Positions 49,716 to 59,940 of a stretch of 64,000 nucleotides of DNA are shown here, one piece after another. Within the stretch, counting starts at the first letter, position 1. Every line of letters starts with the position of its first letter. This stretch comes from Oikopleura dioica. Lineage: Eukaryota; Animalia; Chordata. A model generated the notes under the pieces. The model did no database searches. It saw only the letters and a program-made list of their open reading frames with translations, and was not told the DNA's origin. The stretch spans positions 2,253,929-2,317,928 of the forward strand of contig OU015570.1 of assembly GCA_907165135.1 (NCBI GenBank), given 5' to 3'. The position numbers and the translations under genes are program-made.

Positions 49716-50109
49716 TGTAGTGTTTCTCATTAGTCATCCGCCACTTGAGTTCACCGCGCCGCGCCGCGCGCAGTTCACGACCCGCAAAGCGCTATTCACG
49801 ACTCGCGAAGCGCATTTCACCACGCGCAAACGCTCCGCCGCCAACCGCGAAAGCACAGTTCACCACGGACTAGGATCAACTCACGACTCACGAAAAAGTC
49901 ACTCACCACGGTTTATGAAAACCATATATAAACGATCTTATTTCTCACTGACACAGTTCACACACACACAACACTACTTTTTACTCAGAGACACCACAAT
50001 AAAACTTGCTCTTTTTAACAACGTTCGTCGCTCACTATTTGTATTCCCGCTCGCGAATACGATAAACGCAATTAGTTATCCAACTTATGTACTGTGAGAA
50101 ACACGTACA
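49716..50109 (+). repeat. 5' LTR of element B
   Basis: TGTAGT...CGTACA, direct repeat of 56569-56962; contains a TATATAAA box and AATAAA. Confidence 0.97.
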
Positions 50110-50114
50110 TATTT

Positions 50115-50126
50115 TGGTGACTGAAG
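50115..50126 (+). other. Putative PBS of element B (tRNA unassigned)
   Basis: TGGTGACTGAAG 5 nt after the LTR; only TGGTGAC matches a recalled tRNA-Trp end. Confidence 0.55.
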
Positions 50127-50258
50127 AAAACGGAACTACAATCCAGCTAGAGACAGAGAATTCCTGCTGAAATTATCCTGACGCTCTACAGACCGTGGTT
50201 ATCGAAGAGCTGACTCAAGTTATCACAGGTTACACCATTTGCCCATTTTAACGGTGTC

Positions 50259-51527
50259 ATGGGAGAACTTTATTATAAGTTCGTAGTCGATTTGACTGCG
50301 AAAGAAATTATGCTTATCTATGACAAAAGTCCGAGGCGAAAATACCCGCTCCCTATTCCTCGATTTGACAAGTCTGGATGTGTCCTGAATTTGCTCGATA
50401 TTCAGCCTGACTTGTTTGACACGATGGATAAGAAATATTTCTTTCGAAAAACGGGCCAAAAGCTTGAATATGATCCGGATTTCGATGTGAACAACATTCA
50501 AGAAGCAGTTCAGAAGACTGCCCGGGCGGATCATAAAATTGATATAGCTAAAATCAACGAAATCGTTGTTGTGGATAACCTGAACTCAATTCTTGCTCGA
50601 ATTGAGGAGTCTGAAAAGAAGGAAACAAAGTTCCAACCACCAAACTCTGACTCTAAACCAGCTGGTTCTGCTCCAAAAACCGAAAATGCTCCTAAACCAG
50701 ATCCTGCTCAGAAGAAGAAGGAAGCATCACCGGATCAATCAAAGCCCTTTGGACAAATAAATATGAAAACCCCGAAGTTCGACTCGCAACTACCAGTTGA
50801 AAATTGGATCGTCAACATGGAACTCTATGGAAAATGCTCGAAAATTTCAGATGCAGATCTTATAAGCGTCGCTCTATCTCAAATTCTTATGGAAGAAAGT
50901 GGAACCTCTTTGATTGAAGCCATTACAGAAGAAGAGAAGAAGAACTGGGAAAGTTTCAAAACAAAGCTCATCCAAGTTCTCGGCAAAGATAAAGAACACT
51001 TTAAATATCTCTACACTTCGTTCCAGAGAGGCCAAGAGACTCAGCAAATGGCAGTAACGAAGCTTCAAGCATACTTCAAAAAGGGATACGGAAAGCTGGT
51101 ACTTGACGCTGCAGATGAGTCAATTATTTGTGACCGATTTATCGAATGCCAGGATCCGCGACTTGCCGAATTGCTACGACGAGAAAAATCTCTGCTCAAT
51201 CTTCAAAATATCGCTCAACGTGCCATGGAACTAGAACGTAGCTTCTACAAACGAGAAAACATCTTCGCCGCTGAATGCTCAAATAATGGAAAAGAATCTG
51301 AAATGGCGCAGCTCTGCTCTCAGCTGAAAGAAATAGTCGCTTCTGCCAAAGAACCTGTGAAAGAGAAAAAACGGAAAACACGACCGAGAATCCCTACTGA
51401 CAAGCTCCAAGGACACTGCATCGCCTTTGTTCGAAATGGTCGATGCCGATTTGGCGAAAAATGCAAATACCTCCATTCAGAAACAGTCCCAGAAGAAGTC
51501 GAGAAGATTATCAAGAAAGAGGCATGA
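50259..51527 (+). CDS. gag: Gag with C-terminal CCCH zinc finger (422 aa)
   Basis: First ORF after the PBS; capsid-like helical core PKFDSQLPVENWI...; C-x8-C-x5-C-x3-H motif CIAFVRNGRCRFGEKCKYLH. Confidence 0.9.
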   Translation: MGELYYKFVVDLTAKEIMLIYDKSPRRKYPLPIPRFDKSGCVLNLLDIQPDLFDTMDKKYFFRKTGQKLEYDPDFDVNNIQEAVQKTARADHKIDIAKINEIVVVDNLNSILARIEESEKKETKFQPPNSDSKPAGSAPKTENAPKPDPAQKKKEASPDQSKPFGQINMKTPKFDSQLPVENWIVNMELYGKCSKISDADLISVALSQILMEESGTSLIEAITEEEKKNWESFKTKLIQVLGKDKEHFKYLYTSFQRGQETQQMAVTKLQAYFKKGYGKLVLDAADESIICDRFIECQDPRLAELLRREKSLLNLQNIAQRAMELERSFYKRENIFAAECSNNGKESEMAQLCSQLKEIVASAKEPVKEKKRKTRPRIPTDKLQGHCIAFVRNGRCRFGEKCKYLHSETVPEEVEKIIKKEA

Positions 51528-54500
51528 CTATCAAAAGTCATTGAAACTTGCGAAAGTGCTCTTTTCGCACCGGCCTCCCTTAAATTCGTCAACATTCAGC
51601 TCAACGGACTAAAATTTCCCTGCCTTATCGATAGTGGCGCAAGTAGGACATGTTTACGCTCAGACGTCCTAGATCTCCTTCCGTCTACTATTAACAAACA
51701 AATCCCATCTTCAATAAAGCTCAAGTGTGCGAACTCAGAAATCGTCAATGTGAAAACGCTCAGCTCCCCAATCGACGCCAAATTTGAAACCAGCTCCTCG
51801 CCACTTAAATTGAAGTTGGACCCGCTCATCGTTCAAAACCTATCTTGCCCGATCATCTTGGGGATGGATATCCTTAAAGGAATAACAATCGAAGAAAACT
51901 CAATTACGCTCAAAAATAAGGTTATTCCAACAATTGATCCAAATTCCTCTGATATGTTCCTAACTGGTTTGATCGAAATTGATAAAGAAACTGGTCGTGA
52001 AAAAGAAGAGTACGAAAAATTCGTAAAACTACGATCGGAAAAAGCTTATCAAATAAACTTTGTTCCCCAAATTGGATCTTATGGCTCAGCTGATCCAACA
52101 CAGAAGAAACAGCTCGAAACTTTAACTCACAAATGGCGACTCTCCTTCAACATGGACACAAACGATCTTGGTCGACTCTTTGGTTTCAGATATTCGCTCC
52201 CACTGTATGACGAAACGAAATCGGCACACCAACCACCTCGGAAAATTCCAATACACCTAGTTCCAAAAGTCAGTAATCAGATGGAAAACTGGAAGCAGCT
52301 CACTGTCATTCAAGAAACACAATCAGCGTTTAATATTCCGCTCATTATACTACGTAAAAACGATGATTCAATTAGAGTTTCCTTGGATGCGCGAATGATC
52401 AATGAGCTGTTGGTGAAAGATCGCTTTCCATTGCCGAGTATGCAAAGTGTTTTTACGTCCATTGGAAAGAAACTCACTGGTAAAGAATGCTACATTAGTT
52501 CAGTCGATTTCTTTCGTGGATATTGGCAAGTGCTCATTCATGAAGCTGATGCCCACAAGATGGCCTTCAGTTACGACAACCGACATTACCAAGCTAACCG
52601 GATGCTCTATGGATCATGCAATGCCCCAGCCTGTTTCTCTCGAATTATGAACAAGCTGATGCAACATGATTCTATTCTGCTTTATTTGGACGATTTGATC
52701 GTGATTGACAATAATTGGGAAAACCATCTAGAAGCACTAGAATTTGTCTTCAAAACTTGCTACGAACATGGGCTTGTCCTTAATGCCGCGAAATGTAAGC
52801 TTGCCAGTACAGAATTGGATTTTCTTGGTCACAGAATCACTGCTGATGGTATCAAACCGCTCCGATAACATCTTGAAGCGATCGAAAAGATGAAACCACC
52901 CACAGATAAAGCTGAACTGAAGAGATATTTGGGCATGGTTAACTTTAATGTAAAATTCATCAAACGCGGAAGTGAAATCCTGTCCCCGCTTTATCGTCTG
53001 ACATCAGCAAAAGCGAAATTCGAGTGGTCCGACATCCAACAGAAAGCTTTTGATACAGTAAAAAGTGAACTCCTGAAAGAGCCGACTCTTGCGCACTTCA
53101 AACCCGGATGTAAACTCGTCCTTGTTACCGACTCATCTGGATACGCAGTCGGAGGTACACTTAATCAAGTTCAAAACGATCGATTCGCTCCCCTTGGATA
53201 CTTTAGCAAAGCTCTTTCCGGTCCCGACCTCAAGCGACCAATGAGAATCAAGGAACTCTTCGCTCTCTGCTGGGGAATCCAATTTTTTGAGTACTACCTG
53301 ATCAACTGCGAATTCGATTGTTATGTTGACCATAAATCATTGCTCTATCTATTTCGGGAATCACGAAAACAGAAATTGGACATAAAATTATGTAATGTAC
53401 ATAATTATCTTCTCGCTTTTAACTTCACGATCATTCACAAAAGCGGATCAAGTCCTGAAATGGCCTCTGCAGATTTCTTCAGCCGTTTACCAAAGTCAAA
53501 AAGCTCTGACCTTGAGAGAGACTCCGAAAACTTCTTCGACGTTGATGAAACAATCTTTGCATTGTCAACGTTAACAACAAGTGATGTTATCTTCTCGTTC
53601 GAAAACCGATCATTTACAGCAGAGGAAATGGCAACTGCTCAAGACGCATGCTCAGTTACAAGAAATCTACGAGTGAAAGCGAAGCTGAACAAGTCACCGA
53701 AAAGACTTATGCTCAAAAATGATGTTCTTTATTCAAATAACAGATTGGTTCTTCCAAGCGCTGTTGCTGATGAATTTATCTCTTATCTGCACTCCCTGAC
53801 AGCTCATGCCGGAAGTCAACAGCTCCTGCAGATGCTACGAAAATTCTTTATAAGCAACATACAACAGAAAGTTCGCGCGATCACAAGCTCCTGTGAAACA
53901 TGCATTCGACTCAAGCCGTTCAAACAAATGAGACCTTCGCTCATAAAGGATCGCCAATTTGCTCAACTCCCTTTTGAAAAGGTCCATATTGACCTTGTGG
54001 ACTACGGACGACCAGATCAAGCTGGAAAACGATATCTGCTCACCGTCGTTGATAGTTTAAGTGGCTACCTCGATGGAGAACCGCTCTCAAACAAGTCCGA
54101 CAATCTCGTTGCTAAGGCTCTTCTGCGAATAATACTGAGACACGGAATATCCGAAAATTGTATTTCTGATAATGGCAAAGAGTTTGGTCCGAAAACAACA
54201 GCCATCCTCGACAGATTTGAGATACGCCGCAGTACTACAAGTGCCTATTACAGTAAGTCAAATGGGAAGTGCGAACGAATTCACAGAGAGATCCACCAGA
54301 AGCTCAAGAGTCAACTCGCCACAAATCGCACTTGGTCGGACTACTGGCCACTCGTACAGTACTTCCTCAACAATACTCCAAAAGGCTCCTTAGATGGCTT
54401 ATCAAGTAACGAAGTAGTCTTCGGAAGACAATTTCATGTTCCATACTCGCTAAAAGAGCCGATCACTGAAAATATCCAGCCATTCATTAGAGGGTTAAAT

Positions 54501-55067
54501 TCATATTTCAAGAAGTTACATCCTGCTCTGCTCAACTTCCAAGTCCAGCGATACCAGTCATTGTTAAAACGTGACAAGAACAACTGTCCGGTTTTACCGA
54601 TTGGAACTAATGTTCTCTGTTGGAAACCTGATCCTTACTCTGGAAAACTTGGATTGTCCTGGTCTGGACCGTTCAAAGTTCATAGAAGGCTTTCAAAAGA
54701 CAGCTACATTCTGAAGTGCCCGCTCACCAGAAAAGAGTACCGTAGAAATATTAGTCTGATCCGACCGCTCAAAGTCAAAACTGAGGACGATAAAACGCAA
54801 GTGATCTGCAGTGACAAGCCTCAAAACGACTTCAAACCAGAAAAAGTTCAAGCTCAAAAATCAGCTCCTTGTTCAAAACACACTGAAGTTCAAGATCCAA
54901 AACAAGCTAAATCTAGTAAGTCTGCTCTGAAAGATGAAGAAGCTCAAGCTCACAATCCTTGCTCAGAAGACCCTCCTAGTACAGTCAATGATCGACTGAT
55001 GATCAATCAAAAGGATAAGAAGGATTCAATATGGAAAGATCGTCTTCGCTCTAGACAAAAACAATAA
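51528..55067 (+). CDS. pol: Pol (PR-RT-RNase H-IN), in frame with gag; premature TAA at 52866-68
   Basis: LIDSGASRT (PR); YLDD (RT); TDSS, ELFAL, VDHK, ADFFSR (RH); H-H...CETC, HIDL, SDNGKEF, CERIH and GPF (IN). Confidence 0.95.
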
Positions 55068-55325
55068 GATGAGATGTTCAACTCATGAATTGCTCAATAG
55101 AAACTCGAATAATGAAGTATAAAAGCCCTGTTTGCCGTTCGAACGATGCTCAAATACAATGATCACAACTTTAGCGATATGATGCACACTCGTAAAGAGA
55201 GAGAGAGAGTCAAGTTCCGTTCAATCGCCGTGAAAGTTTATACAGGCCACTGTGGATTTACGACCGCATAAAATTGATTATGTTCAAGTAATCGGCGCCC
55301 TCTACTTGCACCGCTATTCCTAACC

Positions 55326-55844
55326 TTGCGCCGCACTTCCGCAGATGTTGGCAATGTGTGCAGTTGCCAATCACCTTATTCGAAAATATGTTCTTGCCGC
55401 ATTCTCCCAGCTCAAATGGAACGATGCGAATCTCCTTGTTCTAAAAGGGGGAAGAGAAGAAATGTAAACTGCTCGTTTGCTCGCAAATGTTCAATAGCTC
55501 ACTTGGTTTTTCAAAAAGCTCCTGCTCGAGCTCGCAGTCGAGAATCCAAATCGATGAAAATGGCTGTTCAAACAGAAAAAAACATCCCCGCGCGCTGCAA
55601 CACTCGAAATCTCCCGCGCCAGGACAAAAGGGACCCGTCGTCACATCCCTGTTCCCCCAACGTGAAAATGGAAATGCACCGACTGAAACAAGCCAAATCG
55701 AAAAATGACTTTACAAGAAGAGACAAGAAGCTCAACAGATCAACCACGCTAGTCACAGTTCCTACGATCACACTTATCCGTGTTTCAAGTGGCAAAAAGA
55801 GAAGTCCGGAAGTAATTAAAAGAAAAAGTGTTTCTATCATGTAA
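55326..55844 (+). CDS. Element B ORF3, basic Cys-containing protein of unknown function
   Basis: 172-codon ORF (TTG start) between pol and ORF4; only weak similarity to element A ORF3. Confidence 0.35.
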   Translation: MRRTSADVGNVCSCQSPYSKICSCRILPAQMERCESPCSKRGKRRNVNCSFARKCSIAHLVFQKAPARARSRESKSMKMAVQTEKNIPARCNTRNLPRQDKRDPSSHPCSPNVKMEMHRLKQAKSKNDFTRRDKKLNRSTTLVTVPTITLIRVSSGKKRSPEVIKRKSVSIM

Positions 55845-55863
55845 ATTGCTAAGCAGAAGAGAA

Positions 55864-56547
55864 ATGCCGACTAACCTTGAAACAGATATTTTCCACCTTC
55901 AGAGATGCTGCATAAAACGAAGATACCAACAATTCGCGCTCAATTTTGTCATGGGAATAAAAATACCAATTGTGGAAGAAATCGACTGTGAGAAAACTTT
56001 AGTAATCAGAGAGCTTCTCGAAGAAATCGAAGTATCTATCAAGGAAAAGACAAATTGGTTCCAAATCTTGACTCAAAAATCGCTCAATCTCAGCACGATC
56101 GACAGTAACCTGAAGTGTCTCCTTATCTTTTCCTGCAAATGCCTAATACTTACTGCCCAAGGAGCAAATCCGGAAACAAGAAATTCAATTGTCTCCGAAT
56201 ATGCAAGGAAATGGGCAAAACAAAGGTCTGTTTGGAGAAGACTTGAAAATATCGAAATTTCCGATCTACGAATTCTGAAATCTGAGGTCACCTTCATAAT
56301 TCACGAACACCTGAAGCACCTTGGGTTGAGAGACTCACGAACAAACACCTCGGCTTATTCAGAAATACAGTTCATCGAAGAAGTAAATGATGTTCCGGTC
56401 GGCCCAGCTCAACAGCCGCTCGTTGACTCTCCCGTCAACCAAAACGATCCTTTCGCCACAATTACTGCTTATGGACAAAACATCCTTGATGAAATCTTGG
56501 ACTCACAAACACAGGACATTCCTCTGCCAGAAAGACAAACGATCTAA
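55864..56547 (+). CDS. Element B ORF4, conserved non-env accessory protein
   Basis: ATG at 55864 in frame with the track ORF; homologous to 3924-4676; no obvious signal peptide or transmembrane helix. Confidence 0.75.
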   Translation: MPTNLETDIFHLQRCCIKRRYQQFALNFVMGIKIPIVEEIDCEKTLVIRELLEEIEVSIKEKTNWFQILTQKSLNLSTIDSNLKCLLIFSCKCLILTAQGANPETRNSIVSEYARKWAKQRSVWRRLENIEISDLRILKSEVTFIIHEHLKHLGLRDSRTNTSAYSEIQFIEEVNDVPVGPAQQPLVDSPVNQNDPFATITAYGQNILDEILDSQTQDIPLPERQTI

Positions 56548-56565
56548 AAATAAATGGAGGAGGAA
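56546..56565 (+). other. Polypurine tract of element B
   Basis: AAAAATAAATGGAGGAGGAA just before the 3' LTR. Confidence 0.85.
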
Positions 56566-56568
56566 TTA

Positions 56569-56962
56569 TGTAGTGTTTCTCATTAGTCATCCGCCACTTG
56601 AGTTCACCGCGCCGCGCCGCGCGCAGTTCACGACCCGCAAAGCGCTATTCACGACTCGCGAAGCGCATTTCACCACGCGCAAACGCTCCGCCGCCAACCG
56701 CGAAAGCACAGTTCACCACGGACTAGGATCAACTCACGACTCACGAAAAAGTCACTCACCACGGTTTATGAAAACCATATATAAACGATCTTATTTCTCA
56801 CTGACACAGTTCACACACACACAACACTACTTTTTACTCAGAGACACCACAATAAAACTTGCTCTTTTTAACAACGTTCGTCGCTCACTATTTGTATTCC
56901 CGCTCGCGAATACGATAAACGCAATTAGTTATCCAACTTATGTACTGTGAGAAACACGTACA
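56569..56962 (+). repeat. 3' LTR of element B
   Basis: Direct repeat of 49716-50109. Confidence 0.97.
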
Positions 56963-56966
56963 TATA

Positions 56967-57064
56967 TCTTAGTCCCGGATCAATCGTCGACAACTTACGA
57001 ACAAATATGGAGGGAGATAAAGCGTCATACAGGTGGACTCAAGAACCTCCAGACTCTAGTAAGG
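56967..57064 (+). pseudogene. MULE-like transposase, continuation after element B
   Basis: Collapsing the TSD joins APRYY to ILVPDQSSTTYEQIWREIK in frame, resembling MULE P..Y.L.P.K...TY. Confidence 0.65.
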
Positions 57065-57319
57065 TAAGACTGGATTGTTTGACTTGTTGACTTTGACATT
57101 TGATCGGATACCAGCGTTGCCTTCGAGGACGTAGTAGAGTGGTTTTTTACTGTTGGCAGCAATGCCCTGGGTTTGGATTGTGATTTAAGAATGAGCAAAG
57201 GCGGTGTAGGCATTTTCCTGAAAAGCACGGGTTAAAAATACGTACTCTTCCTTGAATGCAACTTTCGTGAGCTCGCTTTAATTACCTACGAAACCAGTAT
57301 TCCAACCAAATCGATCATT

Positions 57320-57593
57320 TCGCGTTGAAGTCTTGAGGTTTTCGAGTCTTCTATCAATGACCAAATGTGTCACGCAATCATCGTCAAGTTTGAAAGAACC
57401 GCCTGGGTAGAGCTCGCTGTCCCAAGAAACTTCAGCGCCAAGTGATCGGAGGAGGAAGGCAAGAGGTGCTCGAGGGCACTCGCGGGAAATGAACACTTTG
57501 CAACCCTTGAAAATGAGATGAAGACATGGAGGAGAATTCCATCGAGGCGTACCTTGAAGATATTTTTCTTTGCTGACTGATTCGATTTACTGA
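57320..57593 (-). pseudogene. PES1: Two-exon fragment of pescadillo (BRCT domain)
   Basis: A 47-bp GT-AG intron at 57552-57506 gives KKNIFK|GCKVFISRECPRAPLAFLLRSLGAEVSWD...VTHLVIDR, versus PES1 [33 protein letters not shown]...THQIVDR; similarity then stops. Confidence 0.8.
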
Positions 57594-58614
57594 CTGGAAA
57601 TCATAGGATTAAAAGAGGAGAAAGTGGGCGGAAGAAAGAGATTAATTGCAAAAGAGTTGAGATTCAGTAAGTCGACGGCGTGTGTGAATAAAAATGCGAA
57701 AGAGTACATTCGTTGTATATAAAGTGGACGTTTACATTCGGTAGCAGCCTTCTCAGATTCTCCTGCCTAAAAGGAACGATGGTTACACCCTTATTCTGTC
57801 CCATGAAAATTTACCAAAGTCCTTCGACCTTCCCGGACTGTGGCCGCGACGCATGTTCGCCGAAGAGGCCCATCATTCCAGACGGCGACTGGGGTTCCTC
57901 AAAGATCGAACTTAAGTGAGAATTAGTGAAGGGAGAGCCTTAAGTTTTCTCTGTCTCACCTGCTCGGCAATTGAGGTGACGCAGCGAGCGGACGATGCGT
58001 TTGGGCAGACCTCGGTTCGTTCAACTGAAGCTTGGAGAGTCCCTTCATCGAAAAATCAATCGGGTCAAAGTCCAGGTTTTCGAAGTCAGCACTGTCTTGT
58101 CGGCTTAAAAAATATCATACAGTTGATGCTACTAAAAATCTGGCGATGCCAAAACTGGTCTAGCTAAAGCCCACGAATGAAAATCGGACTCGCGATCAAG
58201 AATGATAAAAAGGGGTTGGCGATTTCCTGGATCTTCTATTTTATTATCTTCAACTTGTGATTTCTCTACTGCTATAATGAGGTCGACCTTAACTTGCGAA
58301 ATTTAGCCTTGAAAGCGGAAAGAAGAGTCTAATGCAGAGTTACAAATCAAGTTCATTCAAGAAGGTGAGGAAATTGGATGAAAATGAACTTTGATATGAT
58401 CGGGTGAATGAGTCATTTTGTGCATTGCTTTTTGCTTGTACCTTTATTCCAAAATAATCGTCCTCTTCGATCGAGCTCCATAGGAACTTTTGGTCGGCTA
58501 GATCCTCCGTCTCCATTCCAACCTCATTTTCCGGACATTTTTTCTCTAATTCGATCGTCTCTTACTAAAAATGAGCTTTTTATGTATCAAATCACATTTT
58601 GAAATTGTAAAATG

Positions 58615-59060
58615 ATCAACGAATAATTCGTTTTTAAAACGAATAATTCGTTTGTTTTTGTTTTCAAGCCTAGTCCTAACCCTAACCTATAAACCTAACG
58701 CTAACCCTAACCTAGCATAACTACTACCCAACTTCATAAATCAGGGTATATATGCGCTCCGCGCCTGATTTCAGAGATAAACTCCATTTTGAGTATGTTG
58801 TCTTTCTCTCAGCCGCACCTTTAGTCAGTTTTTTTAATGAAAAATTGAGTTGTGAACCGAGCGGGATGACAGCCTATCAAAACGAATAATTCGGTAACCC
58901 TAACGAATTATTCGGTAACCCTAACGAATTATTCGGTAACCCTAACGAATTATTCGTTTTAAACGAATTATTTTTACGGAAAATAGCTGTTTTCCCTTGA
59001 AAATAATTCGTTAGGTCAACGAATAATTCGTTGCAACGAATTATTTTCACCGGCGACGGA
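58615..59060. repeat. AACGAATAATTCG-rich dispersed repeat with degenerate (CCCTAA)n and a 21-bp triplet repeat
   Basis: A related copy lies at ~63675-63912, with inverted ends CCGGTGAAAATAATTCGTT. Confidence 0.65.
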
Positions 59061-59169
59061 TTATTTCAGGTTTCTCGTGGAGCATGGCCGAGCCGACCCG
59101 AAGAAAAGACAAGCCCCGTTTTTCAATTGAGTATGAAACGCCGAGCCGAAGAGAAAGCAAGCTCAGAAG

Positions 59170-59940
59170 ACCCTTCGGGTCGGCTTTGCCCGATCGTGAC
59201 TTAATTTAATAAACGGAGCTTGCCTTCCTTCGGGTCGGCTTGGTCCCGATCAAGACTTAATTGAATAAAGGAACCAGGCCTCCCCTTCGCGTCGGCTTTG
59301 CCCCGATCCAGACTGAATTGAATAAACGGGGCTGGTCTTTCCTTCGAGGAGGTTTGGCCCCGCTCTAGATTGAATTAAATATACGGGGCTCGCCTCCCCT
59401 TCGGGTCGGCTTGGTCCCGATCAAGACTTAATTGAATAAAGGAACCAGGCCTCCCCTTCGGGTCGGCTTTGCCCCGATCCAGACTGAATTGAATAAACGG
59501 GGCTGGCCTTCCCCTTCGAAGAGGTTTGGCCCCGCTCTAGATTGAATTGAATAAACGGGGCTCGCCTCCCCTTCGGGTCGGCTTGGCCCCGCTCTCGATT
59601 GAATTGAATTAATAAGGCTGGCCTCCCTTAGGGTCGGCTTGGCCCCATTCAAGATTGAATTAAATAAACGGGGCTGGCCTCCCGGGTCGGCTTGGCCCTG
59701 CACGAGATTGAATTGAATAAATGGGCTGGCCTCACCTTCGGGTCGGCTTGGCCCCATTTAAGATTGAATTGAATATATGGGCTGGCCTCCCCTTCGGGTA
59801 GGTTCGGCTCCACTCTAGATTGAATTGAATTAACAAAGCTGACCTCCCCTTCGGATCCGCTTGGCTCTGCTCTTGATTGAATTGAATAAACGGGGGTTGC
59901 CTCTCTTTCGGGTTGTTCTGGCCCCGATTCAGACTTAATG
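59170..59940. repeat. ~57-bp tandem satellite (~13 units) with a 171-bp three-unit duplication
   Basis: GCCCC anchors at 59471, 59529, 59586 and 59642; the block at 59240 repeats at 59411. Confidence 0.9.

Larger units (their letters stand above)
49716..56962 (+). mobile_element. Element B: full-length young Ty3/gypsy-like LTR retrotransposon (7.2 kb)
   Basis: 394-bp LTRs with no difference seen, TSD TATA (49712-15 / 56963-66), PBS, PPT, domain order gag-PR-RT-RH-IN. Confidence 0.97.

Noticed and set aside
49504-50097. 197-aa and 187-aa ORFs (also 56387-56950) with identical C-termini
   Set aside because: They are read-throughs of the LTR sequence; only the N-terminal part of the first belongs to the MULE exon
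3622-52868. Genome-wide TGA recoding suggested by several in-frame TGAs (3622, 4251, 6444, 12723, 51525)
   Set aside because: Other interruptions are TAG (6118) and TAA (52866, 33251); Trp and Cys use normal codons; the aligned residues are inconsistent, so ordinary decay explains most cases
55326-56547. env gene downstream of pol in element B
   Set aside because: No signal peptide, transmembrane anchor or fusion-protein features, and the ORFs are too short
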